64,000 nucleotides of DNA from Neocallimastix sp. 'constans' (Eukaryota). Below are positions 1 through 13,373 of this stretch, in pieces (positions within the stretch are counted from its first letter, which is position 1; each line of letters begins with the position of its first letter). The notes below the pieces were generated by a model that saw only the letters and a program-made list of their open reading frames with translations, was not told the origin of the DNA and did not search any database. The position numbers and the translations under genes are program-made. The DNA lies in contig JBODTK010000128.1 in the NCBI GenBank assembly GCA_050613775.1, positions 124,001 through 188,000 on the forward strand, read 5' to 3'.

Positions 1-3000
1 ATTTATTAATATGTTTAACGAAGAAAAATATTTTTTAAATTCATTTCCTTAAACAAAAAAAAAAGTCCTTGTTTAAAAAAATATTCTTTAAAATTAGTTA
101 TGCATAAATGAATTATATGACGTTTTTTTAATTTTATTTTTTATTTATCTTTATTAATACTTTAATTATTTTTCTTTTTCCTTTCATAGAAAAAAAAATA
201 ATAATTTCAATTACTAATATAAAATATAAAAAAATAAAAAATAAAAAGAAAAAATAAATAATAAATAATATGAACACAAAACTTAAATGAACTTTTTAAA
301 AAAAGAAAAAAAGAAAAAGAAAAAGAAAAAGACAAATATTAAGATTTGCTTTTTTCCTTCTTTTTTTTTTTCAAACAATGTATTTTTTATTATTAAAATA
401 GTTGTGAAGAAATTAAAAAAAAAAAAAAAAAAGTAATAATGAAGGGATGGTAAATTGTATTTATATATAATTTTCTCAATTAAAAATGATTTTATTATAT
501 AATAAATTTAATATATGATTATTATTATTCTTATATAATATTTTATTATAATTATTCAATATATATTTTTATTTATTTATTATTTATTATTTATTATGTA
601 TTTTTTTTTAAAAAAAAAATTTAAATTTTAAAAAAAATAAATAAATAATTTTTTAAATTCAAAATTATATATATATTATTATATATCACTTGATTTATTT
701 ATATTTATTATAAAATGATTAAATTATTTTTATTATAATATTAGTATAATATTATTATATTTCTTTTATATTTTCAATTTTATATAATTAATTAGAATAT
801 AATTGAAATACATTTTCATTTCAAAATAGTTAGTATATTATAATATATTATTTTTAATTGAAATCTTATTATCATATATTATGAATAAATGGAAATAAAT
901 AAATTGAATATATTAATATTAATTTTTATATTTAATCTTTTTAATGTTATGCCATTTAATTTATATGAAATTTTAATATTATTTACATTACAGTATAATT
1001 AATTTATTATGATATAATAATATTATATTATATTTATTATTTTGTGTAACCAATTAAAATTAAGTATTTATATTAATATATTTTAATTATCTTTCTGGTC
1101 TATTATTAAAATGTAGTTGATAATTCAACACTACTTAATTTTATTAATTATATATTATATATTATAATATAAATATATATAATTTATTATATTATCTTTT
1201 ATTTTAATTTATTTCCAGCATAAAAAAAAATCGAATAAAATTAAAATGAGTCTTAATTAAAAATAGATAGAACCAAATTTATTATTAAATTACAAAAGAA
1301 GAAGAAAAAAAAAATGTTAAAAAAGTTTATTAAATTACAAAGGAAGATAAAAAAAAAATTATTAAAAAAGTTTAAAATAACCAAAAAACTTTTCAATTAT
1401 TCATTTTAATTACTAGTAATTAGTAAAAATTCCAAGTTAATAAAATATTCATTAAATGTATTATTTATATATTACATTCTTGGGTTTATATTTCCTTCTT
1501 TTATACATGTTCGTTTATATATTTATGCAATTATCTTATTTATTTATTTTATATTATATAAAAATTTACTGTTTATAAATTTTTATAAAATTTTATTTAT
1601 CAATTGTAGTTCATGATGAATAAATATTTTAATGTCAGCAATTCATATTAAAATTGCCATAAAAATAAACTGTTAATTTATTATATGTAATAGATACATT
1701 TATATATGTAATAATTTCATATTTATCATAAGTTTAGCATACGTTATTTAATATTATGTAGTACAAAAAATCATACCGTTATTTGTATTTTTAAGTAAAA
1801 ACTAATTAGTATATTATAATATTTAAACTTTTCAAATCATTTGAATACAAATTAATACTTTCCATATACATATATTATTATATTTACATATTCAAATATT
1901 TATATATATATATATTTGTATATTTATTTTTATATTTACATATTAATATATTAATATATTTATATGTTCATAAATTTATATGTTTATTTATATATTATTC
2001 TTTATTGTTTTGAATACAAAGTATAAAAAAATAAAGTATATTCAATAGAAACAATACTAATTTAAACTATTCAAAGTTTATTGGTATCAAAATTGCAATA
2101 TTTATATATATTGGTATATATACAAAAAAAAAAATAATAATAATAATAATAATAATAAAGAATTAAAATTCATATATATGAGACCAACGACAATACTATT
2201 CGGATAAAAAAATTAAACACTTATTACAAATATTGTTATTATTAAGAGATCTAAGCCTCTATATACAAATACAGAGTTATATGTGCAATGATTATTAAAG
2301 TAGCTATCTAATAAAATAAAATAAAATAAATAAAATGCTAATATATATAATCTCATATTTAACATAAAACAGATTATATATATATATATATACTTTTTTT
2401 TAAATAACTGAATAGTTAATAATAAATAAATAAATAATAAAAAATATAAAATAAAAACATAAAAAAATAATAAATAATAAAAAATATAAAAATTATTAAT
2501 AAAATATAAATAATGAATGACTATTAAATAAAAAATTTATAGTTCTATTCTTCATTAATACTCTATAATAAAATATCTTATTTTTTATTAATTATTTATT
2601 TATTTTTTATTAACTATTAACTCTTATTATTTAATTATTTATTATTTATTTATTATTTATCATTTATTTATTATTATTTATTATTTATTATTCATTATTT
2701 ATTTATTTATTATCATTTATTTATTTATTATTATTTTTAATCATTATTATTAGTATTATTATCATTTATTATTTATTTATTATTTATCATTTATTATTTA
2801 TTTATTATTATTTATTTATTTATTTATTTATTATTATTTATAATCATTATTATTATTTATTATTTATTATTTATTTATTTATTATTTATTTATTATTTAT
2901 TTATTATTCATTATTTATTTATTATTTATTATTTATTATTTATTATTTATTTATTATTTATAATCATTATTATTAATATTATTATTATTATTTATTATTT

Positions 3001-3016
3001 ATTTATTTATTTATTT

Positions 3017-3072
<56 letters not shown>

Positions 3073-5788
3073 TTATAATATGCAATATTTATTATTTTAC
3101 TATTCTTTTTTTTTTTTTTTTTTTTTTTTTTGAGTTATATCTATGTATTATAAATTAAAAGTATAAAAAATGACCAAAAAAGGCAATTTTAAAATAAGAT
3201 TAATAATTGATAATACATTAATTCACAATATTAAAGTAAAACAATAAAATATCTCATATAATATCAATGTAATAAAATGTATAGATATATTACATTTTAA
3301 TCATATAATACAGAACTAAAAAATAAAAAAAAAAAATTACAAAAATCATCCATAGTAATAATTTAATAATTGTTTGTGAAGTATGCCTATACTTTAGAGT
3401 AATAATTAAATAATAGTATTGATAAATCCTTTATTGAACTTTAAATAATTTTAATAAAATTAAATGTACCAAAGTATACTAAAGATTATAATGATAGAAT
3501 ATTAAAAAACACTTCTATCAATTTAGTTTTTGTATTCTCTGTATTAGTAAAATAGATATATCTACCTTTTGAATATAAATAATATTATAATAAATAGATA
3601 TAAATAAATATAATTTATAACAAGTCATTGAAGATATATTGATATATATAATCACTAATTGAATATTTAGAGATAGAATGAATATGGTTTGCATTTATAT
3701 AATTCAATCAAAAAGATATAGAAGCTATATTTTAATATGACTAAGTAAATAATAATAATAATTTTGTTAATGTCTAAAAAGTTATATTATTTTTTATTTT
3801 TTTTTTATATATATTATATATTATATTATATATATATAAAAAGGTACTTAGGTTATTAGAAATATTACATTGATATTTAAAATTTATAGTTTTTTTTTAA
3901 AAAAAAAAAAAGTGATTCATGGTTTTTATTATCAAAAATAGAATTCATTGATAAAAAATAGAAATATTAAATAAATGAAAAATATATATATATATATCAA
4001 ATTAAAATTAAAATTTTATTTTTAAAGTTTATTCATGCGTCGTTGAGTGATAGTAAGAAGAGGAAGCGTGAATAGATAGAAAAGAGTTTTAATTAAAACG
4101 AAAACTAAAGGTTCTTTCTTTGTATGGTTAAAATGTATTACAAAAAAAAAATTTTTATTTAAAAAATTTTTAAAAAAATTTTTTTAATGACAATTGATTA
4201 TAATATAATAATTAAACTATTAAAAAATACTTTTATTATATTATCAATAATTTTTTAAATAAAATTTAAAATAAAATTAAAAATTATATTATTTCTTATT
4301 TCAAACCCCTTATTTTATTGGTTCGAAATTTTATATAATACTCATATGTATAACATATTTTTATGGTTATCCATTTTGAAAAGTAAATTACTGTTTTTTA
4401 TTTCAAAAATTTTTATATTATTCTTAACCCTTATTATTATAAATATTTTAACATTAATATAATTACTAATTATAGAATTAACGTTAATATTTATTATTGT
4501 TATTTATTTATTATTATTATTAAAAAAAGTTATTAATTATATATTACTGTATGATATTCATATTATTTATAAGAAAATAAAAAGTTGATTGTAAGGTTAT
4601 ATAATTTATAATATAGCTTAGTTCTTTACAATTATACAAATACATATGAATGACATATTTATCATAACAGTAATATATATTGTATATAGTAATATTAAAA
4701 AAATATTTCCATACTTATATATTTCGTATATGTTTCTTAATGTATTTCACTTTCACTTATTTTTTTATTTTCTTTAAAATTCATACAAATTTTATTGATT
4801 ATAAGTATAGTTTGAAATAAGAATGTTATCGTTAAATATCATTTATTAAGTATTTTAAAATAATCGTTATAAAGTTTTTTATGTTTTTAATACTACAAGG
4901 ACATTTTTAATATTTAATAATAAATGAATAATTATATAATTTTTCAATCTTCATTATTTAAATTTTTTAATAATTTAAATAATTGATGTCTTTTTTTTTT
5001 TTTTTCTTTGTACAATTGATTATTTTATTTTATATCTTCTTTTTTTTTTATCTGATTAAATAAATATGCTATTAATTATATTGAGCATCATATTTAAAAA
5101 GAAAGTTTTTTTTATTTTATCTCTTATAGATATTGTAATTATGAAATAAGATTTAAACTTAAAAATAAGAATGGAATTAGGGATTTTTAGGGATTATTTT
5201 TAATAGTATCATAAACTCTATTATTTCCTTTTACATTTTTTTATAAATGATGATGATGAGAAGAATTCTTTCCAAAATCAAAATTTTCTTAGCAATTAAA
5301 TATCATACATGCTCTTGCCCTCTTGGTAATTGGAATCAAACGACTAAAACTATTTAATGAAAGTAATAATCAAATAAAAATTAATTAATATATATATATA
5401 TAAAATTGCAAAGTATCCTAAAAAATTCCCCAAGAGAATTATTTAACCTTTAATTCGATTTCCATTGAGTGGTGGAGGAAAATTCTTATTAATGCTATAT
5501 GTAATTAATAAAATTTTGGGATAGCAAAATAATTTCTTCTTTTTTACAATAATGGGATTTATTTCAGTACTTTATAGATAACTTTTACCTTTCTTTCCTA
5601 TTTTAATTTATCTATAAATCTTTAATTTTGTTCAATGAAATAAAAGATGTATTTACAAACACACATAAACTCAATAAGACACACAATACATTCCTGTATA
5701 ACTTATTTCCATGTATAAATATAAATAAAAAACTATTATTTTTGTTACTATTATTTTCTTTTAATATTATATATTCATACATAAATAC

Positions 5789-5837
<49 letters not shown>

Positions 5838-6253
5838 TTATTTTTATTATTTTTATTATTTTATTTTTATTATTATTAATTTATTTGATGAATTAAAAAA
5901 AATTATTTATTTATTTATTTTTATTTATTTATTTTTATTTATTTATTTTTCATCTATTTAATTTAGTATCTGTCAATCTTTAAAAAAAATAAATTTTCTT
6001 TTTCTAGTAATTTTAAATGATATTACATTTAATATTACATTTAATAATATGTTTTGTATTTTCTTCTTTTTTTTTTTTTAAATATTTATTTATATAAACA
6101 AAAACATATGATATAAAAAAAAAATTATATTACTTTAAAATAAATATATAACTATTTATATAAATCATTTTAATATAAAATTTTTCTTTTTATTTTTACA
6201 TTTTTATTATATTAATTTTTTTGATATGTGTGATTTTTTTTTTTTTTTTTTAC

Positions 6254-7516
6254 TTAAAAATTTGGTAAAGCAAGACGACAGGCATTACGAATTAATTCTG
6301 GAAGTGCTGGATGAATATAAATAGTATGTAACATATCATCAATAGTAGCTCCAAACTGAAGAAATACAATACACTAATAATATTAAATAATAGTGATAAT
6401 AAATATAAAAAGAAAAGAAAATATATATATATATTTATTTTATAAATAATAATTATTTTTTATTTTTTTTTTTAATACAATATTATATTTAATATAAATT
6501 ATAATATATCAAAATAATTATATATATATATATATATATAATAATAAATTAGATTAAATTTACAATGTGAATCATGTTGCTAGCTTCAACACCAATAATA
6601 TGAGCACCGATTAATTTTCTGGAGGAACGCTCAAAGATAAGTTTAACAAATCCATTTTTGGAACGAAGAGCATTCCCCATTGCAGAATTCTTGTATGGAC
6701 AGAAACCAATGACATAGTCAATATCTTTTGCCTTTGCTTGCTGTTCTGTTAAACCTACACCACCAATTTGTGGATTAGTGAAAATCGCATGCGGAATAGA
6801 TGGATAATTAATTGGTTTAACTTCAATACCTTTTGGTGTTTCTTCAAAGACACTACGAAAAACATATTCACCTTCAAAATTAGCGGTGTGACGGAATAAT
6901 TTTCTACCAATAATATCACCCCATGACCAAATATGTGGAACACTAGTTCTTAGGTAGTCATCCACTTTAATGTATCCACGGTGATCCAGTTCAATACCAG
7001 CATTCTTTACTTCTAAGATATCCGTATTTGGAGTAACACCAGTAGCAATGAATAAGCCTTCACCTTCAAAAACTTTTTCTACACCATTTTCATCTACATA
7101 AACCTTAAAAATTTCATTGATATATTCAACCTTCTTAATTTGTATATTAATGTGACAATCAAATATTTCGGTGAAGATCTTCGTAAATTCTTCTTGAACT
7201 TGACAATCTTCATTACTAATGAAACCTCCACGAACAAGGAAAGTAACTTTAGATCCAGTCTTACCTAAGCTATTATATATTAAAATAAATAAATAAATAA
7301 TTAAATAAATAGAGCCATAGTAGAATTTAATAAAATAAATTAATTGAATATTTTTATATTGAAATATTAAAATGTCAAAATAAAAAATAGTAATTTAAAA
7401 TTATAATAATATTAATAATAATAAATAAATAAAATAAAATAAAATAAAATAAAATAAATAATAATATTATTATTATTAAAATCCAATAATAATATATGAA
7501 AAGATAAATAATAATG

Positions 7517-7552
<36 letters not shown>

Positions 7553-8073
7553 TACTAGTAGCCTAATTCAGTACCAACGTAACCACCACCAATAATAACA
7601 ACTCTATCTAATGTCTTTTTTAACCGAAGAATTTCAGGAGAAGTCATATATGGAGTACCTTTTAAACCTGGAATTTTTGGAATAGTTGCTCGAGCACCAG
7701 CAACAACGAAAATTTTTTTACCAGTAATGAAAGTATCCTCATCATCAGAATTAACACCTTCAGTTTTTCTAAGACGAAGAGTATGATCATCCACAAATGC
7801 ACATTCCTTTTTAATATGTATAATATTTGGATGTTGAGCATAAACTGGATTAATAGAGGATGATTCCCCATCAATATAACTGGTGACATAGTTTACTAAT
7901 TTAGCTTTATCAATAAAAACTTCATTAACAGGAACAGAAATATCATAGGTCTTAGCATGTTCAATTTCATTAATAACATCTGCTGGATGAATTAACTTTG
8001 TTTTTTTTTTTTTTTTTTATAAAAAAAATTATAAAATTATAAAAATATATATATAAATTTATAATTATTAGTA

Positions 8074-8148
<75 letters not shown>

Positions 8149-8684
8149 TATAATTATATATATATATATTTTAATGAATTAATATTAAATAAAATATATT
8201 TTAAATATTTTGAAACTTTCCATTTAAAACTCTATTTTACTCTATTTTTTACTAAACTTACCATTTTAGAAGGAATACAACCTCTATTTAAGCAAGTACC
8301 GCCAAGCGGACCCTTTATAATATTAATCATGACAAATAAAAAAAAAAAAAAAAAAGAGTGATAATGAAAAAAATATTTCGTTAATTAATATTTATTATTA
8401 TTTTTTTTTTTTTTTTACAAATAAAAAACAACAGCAAAACATATATATATATTATATATTATATACATATCTAAATTTTTTTAAAAGAAAAATAGTTCGT
8501 AATAATTATAAATTAATATTTTATTTTATTTTATATAGTTAATCATATATTCTTATCATTTATAAACCTTATCAATAATGGCAACTTTATAGCCTAAATC
8601 AGCAGCTGGTCTTGTAATTTTACCTCCAGAACCAGAACCAATAACAATAACATCAAATACTTCGGTTGGATTTATTGGAGCCAT
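6254..8684 (-). CDS. Class I pyridine nucleotide-disulfide oxidoreductase (dihydrolipoamide dehydrogenase / mycothione reductase-like), 5 exons
   Basis: Exons 8684-8568, 8312-8262, 7995-7556, 7269-6564 and 6373-6254, all GT-AG and in phase. Motifs: FAD-binding DVIVIGSGSGG, redox GGTCLNRGCIPSKML, NAD(P)-binding IIGGGYVGTE, ATGVTPN, GDIIG, and C-terminal IHPALPE. Confidence 0.93.
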
Positions 8685-8782
8685 TTTTTAAATAATTATT
8701 ATCAGTATTTATATATATATAAGATAAATGGTATGTTTTTAATTGATTTAAATTTAATAAAGGTTTTTTTTTTTTTTAAAAA

Positions 8783-8813
<31 letters not shown>

Positions 8814-9455
8814 TACAATTTTTAATAATCAATTTTTTTATATTTATTTAATATATATATAAAAAAAAAAAAAAGTATTATTTTTTAATAAAAAAAATTA
8901 AAAATAAAGATTTTTTTCTTTATTTATATATGCTTTATTATTATAATTTAACAAAGAAAGAAGAAATTAACAATATTCTTTTTATTTTCTAATTACTTAA
9001 AAAAAAAATAATTAATACTAATAGTATCTTTTCATTTTTATTTTTAAATTTATTTTACTTTCTCATTTTTAAATATTAATATTTATATATTAATTTTGAT
9101 TAAAAACTTTATATTTTATGTAGAATGTATTTATAATTTTATATTTTATACCTAATTTATAGTTTAAATATACAATTATATATATATATATAGGCATAAT
9201 ATATATATGTTAATAATAATATAAAAGATTAAGGATTATATAGTCATAGAAAATAATAATTAAAAAAGCAGAAAGCCTTTTTTTTTTTTAACCTATATAA
9301 CATTTTAAAAATGTCAAAGACAAAAAAAAAAAGTTTATTTCTATGTATTAATTAAAAAAAAAAAAAAATTAGCTATGGATGATCCACGATTAAAGATATT
9401 AAAAATATATAGTATAAATTTATTGAACTTATATATACAAAGTTTTATTTTTAAG

Positions 9456-9496
<41 letters not shown>

Positions 9497-9635
9497 TTAA
9501 ATAAAGTATAAAATAGACTTTGTAATTATTTTAATTGGCAATATTCAATGGGAAGATAAATAACTAATATATCAATATGTTTTAAATTATTAATTTTGAT
9601 GGAGTTTAATGTCACATTTAACTCTTAGTTATTTT

Positions 9636-9750
<115 letters not shown>

Positions 9751-9767
9751 TATTATTATTATTATTA

Positions 9768-9804
<37 letters not shown>

Positions 9805-9821
9805 TATTATTATTATTATTA

Positions 9822-9853
<32 letters not shown>

Positions 9854-9982
9854 AACTAATCAATAGGCATAGTTTAAATTTTAATTTTTTGTTTTTATTA
9901 TTGCTTTCGTTTTACTTTATCGAAGGTTAATAATAATTTATCCTCAAAATATAATAAAAGTTATAAACTTTGTAATATATAA

Positions 9983-10125
<143 letters not shown>

Positions 10126-10218
10126 TAAAACTTAAATAGCATTTTTTTTATTATTATTAAAAAAGGGGAATTTTATAAATTACTTTATAAATTATATGAT
10201 GTATAATAATATTGATGA

Positions 10219-10584
10219 ATGTTAAAAAAAAATAATGTAACATTCAATCAAAATTGGATCTTTACTGGTATTATAAATAAAGGAAATAATAATATCGAAT
10301 ATATTAATATTCGCTACTTTAGAGATTCATTTAAAGGCAAAAAAAAGATTGGTACTAATGTTTATTGTGGAGATGATTATTTGGATGAGATGGCAGATCT
10401 TCTTTCTAGAGACACGTTTTGTTATATTAATGGAAATATTTATCCATTGATAAAAGTAAATTATATTATTATTAATGATCGTATTGTTAATAATATACCA
10501 ATGGTCAATTTTACATGTAAAGCTTACTTTGTAGATATAAACTTTATACCAAATTCAATTCATTGTAGTACTAAAAGATTATAA
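10219..10584 (+). CDS. Intronless 121-aa hypothetical protein, possible OB-fold (SSB-like)
   Basis: Complex-composition ORF within low-complexity DNA. VYCGDDYLDEMADLLSRDTFCYINGNI follows the spacing of the SSB OB-fold segment V.aw..laE..a.yL.KG..VyveG.l. Confidence 0.45.
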   Translation: MLKKNNVTFNQNWIFTGIINKGNNNIEYINIRYFRDSFKGKKKIGTNVYCGDDYLDEMADLLSRDTFCYINGNIYPLIKVNYIIINDRIVNNIPMVNFTCKAYFVDINFIPNSIHCSTKRL

Positions 10585-11148
10585 ATATATATATAAAATT
10601 TGATAATTTAATGTTATAATTTCATTGAAATATACCTTAGTAATAACATAATTAAAATTATTAATAATAATAATATAAATTTATATAATATTAACGTAGT
10701 ATAACGATAAAATATAATATAATATAATAAAATAAAATATAATATAATAAAATATAATATAATATAATTATTTAATAAAATAATATAATATATATATTTA
10801 TATATAAAATTATATTTAAGTATGTAATGAATAACGATATATAATAATTACATTAAATATATTTGGATATTAATTTTTTTAAAAAAATATATATATATAT
10901 TTTTCAATGTACAGATAAATATATATTTACATTCAAATATAATAATAATCTCTTATATAATTAATATTTAATATTTAATTTTAATATACTATTTATTTAT
11001 ATACCTATATATAAAATTTTAATTTAAAATATTTTTTTAATTTTGTAATTATTTAAATATTATTATTTTAATTTATATAAAATTTATTTAAAATATATAT
11101 ATATATATATATTAACTATACTAAAAATATTGATAATTAAAGGTTTAT

Positions 11149-13324
11149 TCATTTATTAAATAATAATAAGATCATAATCAAATAAATTTTTTTCCATAAT
11201 TCTATCATTTCATTTCTATTATTTTTCATTGTTTTTGAAAATAATGACAATAATTCATGCAACAAAAAAGCTTGATGTGGTCTTTCTTTACAATATTTAG
11301 GAATATTGTTTTGAGTGACAACGCTTAAAATATGTTTATTAATTTCTTTATATTTATCTTCATTGTTTTCTTCTTTATAAATTTTTTCCATCTCTTTTAC
11401 AGAAGTTTCTTGATAGTTTGGAATACGAATAGATGACAATTTTTTTTTTCCATATCGTCATAACATATTGAATAGATGAGCATTTCCAAAAGTTCTTCCT
11501 TTATATAAAAAGATTCAATATTACAACCACGATTAACTTCACGAAAATTAATAGAACCCGAATCTGAAGTAAAACATTTTGAAGTAGAACATTTTGAAGT
11601 AGAACATTTTGAAGTAGAACATTTTGAAGTAGAACATTTTGAAGTAGAACATTTTGAAGTAGAACATTTTGAAGGTGAACATTTTGAAGTAGAACATTTT
11701 GAAGGTGAACATTTTGAAGTGGAACGGTTCTGTTTTTTAAAATTAAAGTTTAAATTATTTTTCAAATCATTACATAATATATAGATATATTTATAGCGAT
11801 CTTTTCTTCGATTTCTTTCTTCAATACTATAATGTTTATCCATTTGTTTTGAAATATCCTCTGAATTAGGCTCATCATTTACCAACCTCCATTCTCGAAA
11901 ATTAAAATCTGCATAAATAATATTAGTACTAAAATCATCCGCTGACTTTTTTTATTACTAGCATAAGATGTAGTTTTAATAGTTGAAAAATACGATATAT
12001 AAACGAAATTATCGATTTTTTTCCAATAAGGATAAAATAATTTAGTGAAATTGAATAAATTTTGACGCAGAGCATATCTTAATATAAACAATTTTTCAGT
12101 ATGAGAATATTTAATAATTTGATTATATGCTTCTCTGGTCATATCAGCATTTTGTAATTTATTGTTTAAAGAAACTATTTCCTCGCTTTTAATATCAACC
12201 TTTGTGTGAATAAAGTTGGATGACTGTTCGTTCATTTGCCTACTTCAATTATTATTATAGAATGGAAGATTTTGACGAAGTAATTTTTCAAAATAAGCAT
12301 TCCTATAATTTAAACGATAATTGGATATAATTTTACGATAAATCATTCCGTCAGAATATCTTAAAATACCACCAGCTATCACAATATTATTACTATTTAT
12401 ATATTCTATTAATTTTGGTAAAACGAATAGGTTAATTACAGGAATTCTATCCATAAGATCCATAATTCTAATACAGTTGTTCTCTGAAAAGAATGTTCTT
12501 AACTTTTTATTTATTTCGATCATATATAATGGTAAAAGTTTATCTAAGTATACTGAAGAATATTGTAAAGATGGAACAATACTTGTATTGCCAACTATCT
12601 CATTTCCATTAATATCTTTGAATGTAGAAGTCTCTCCATGAATATTAGCATCTATAACTATACTAGTATTGGTCATCGCTCTACTTTCACTCAGGCTTGA
12701 TTCGATATCAAAAGGTTTATTCTGTTCTTTAGTAGAGAGACCGTTAGTGTTTTGAGGATCATTTAAATTAAAATGAGCATGAATCAAAGATTCAATAGAA
12801 GCGTTTTTTAATGCTTGATTAAATTTTAAAGCATCTTTATATTTATTTTCACATAAAATATACTTGCGATAGTCCACACGATACTGATATGAATCGGAAC
12901 ACTCTACTTCGTCATCATATGCCATGTACAAATAAACATTGACGGATCAATGATTTTCAGGAAGAGAATCATGTGAACCGACACGTCGAATACGGCCAAT
13001 AATTTGATTTATTTTCTCATAATTCCAATGCGGTGTTAATACATGTAATTGCCCGACATTCATAATATCAACACTTTCCGATACTATGTCACTTCCTAGA
13101 AGAACCTTTATCTTTGATCCATTTTGATTACTTGAATCATTAAATATATCTAAATGTTCCATCATATTTGGACAGAGCTTTTTATCTCCTGTAATAAATG
13201 TAAAATTCCAAAATTTATCTTCTCTTTCTTTTCGAATTTCCTTTAGTTCAACGAATTCGTTATCATCATCAACATCAACATCATGATAAGAAGAAAAATG
13301 ATGAGGAAGAAATAGTTTGCCATT
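11149..13324 (-). pseudogene. C-terminal half of an NCLDV D6/D11-like (VETF small subunit / NPH-I family) SF2 helicase; endogenous viral pseudogene
   Basis: Frame is open from 13324: ...FTFITGDK...LDIFNDSSNQNGSKIKVLLGSDIVSESVDIMNVGQLHVLTPHWNYEKINQIIGRIRRVGSHDSLP (helicase motifs V-VI in the NCLDV form). It continues in frame through TGA at 12947-12949 and 12245-12247, then via poly-A frameshifts near 11950 and 11445 into REVNRGCNIESFYIKEELL. No introns. Confidence 0.85.
11567..11720. repeat. 15-bp coding minisatellite (gaagtagaacatttt), about 10 copies, encoding STSKC/SPSKC on the - strand
   Basis: Directly visible tandem array that preserves the reading frame inside the viral pseudogene. 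Confidence 0.95.
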
Positions 13325-13373
13325 TTAAGATTCATGATATCTTTTGACATATTATAATTTGTTTCATTATTTA

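Noticed and set aside
5240..5720. Coding-like, slightly GC-richer patch on the - strand with splice-like sites
   Set aside because: Stops in the frames examined and no recognisable motif, so no gene call can be supported.
5628..5879. ORF-track poly-I/L/N/F/K ORFs (also 9609-9866, 31118-31366, 42860-43099, 53663-53854 and similar)
   Set aside because: Translations of (TAT/AAT)n and poly-T/A microsatellites, mostly intronic or intergenic.
11567..11720. Regular repeat as a CRISPR array (also 46895-47165)
   Set aside because: No unique spacers; these are plain tandem repeats in a eukaryotic context.
11149..12931. Four tightly packed separate viral genes (operon-like)
   Set aside because: In-frame TGA continuity and homopolymer frameshifts indicate a single broken gene.
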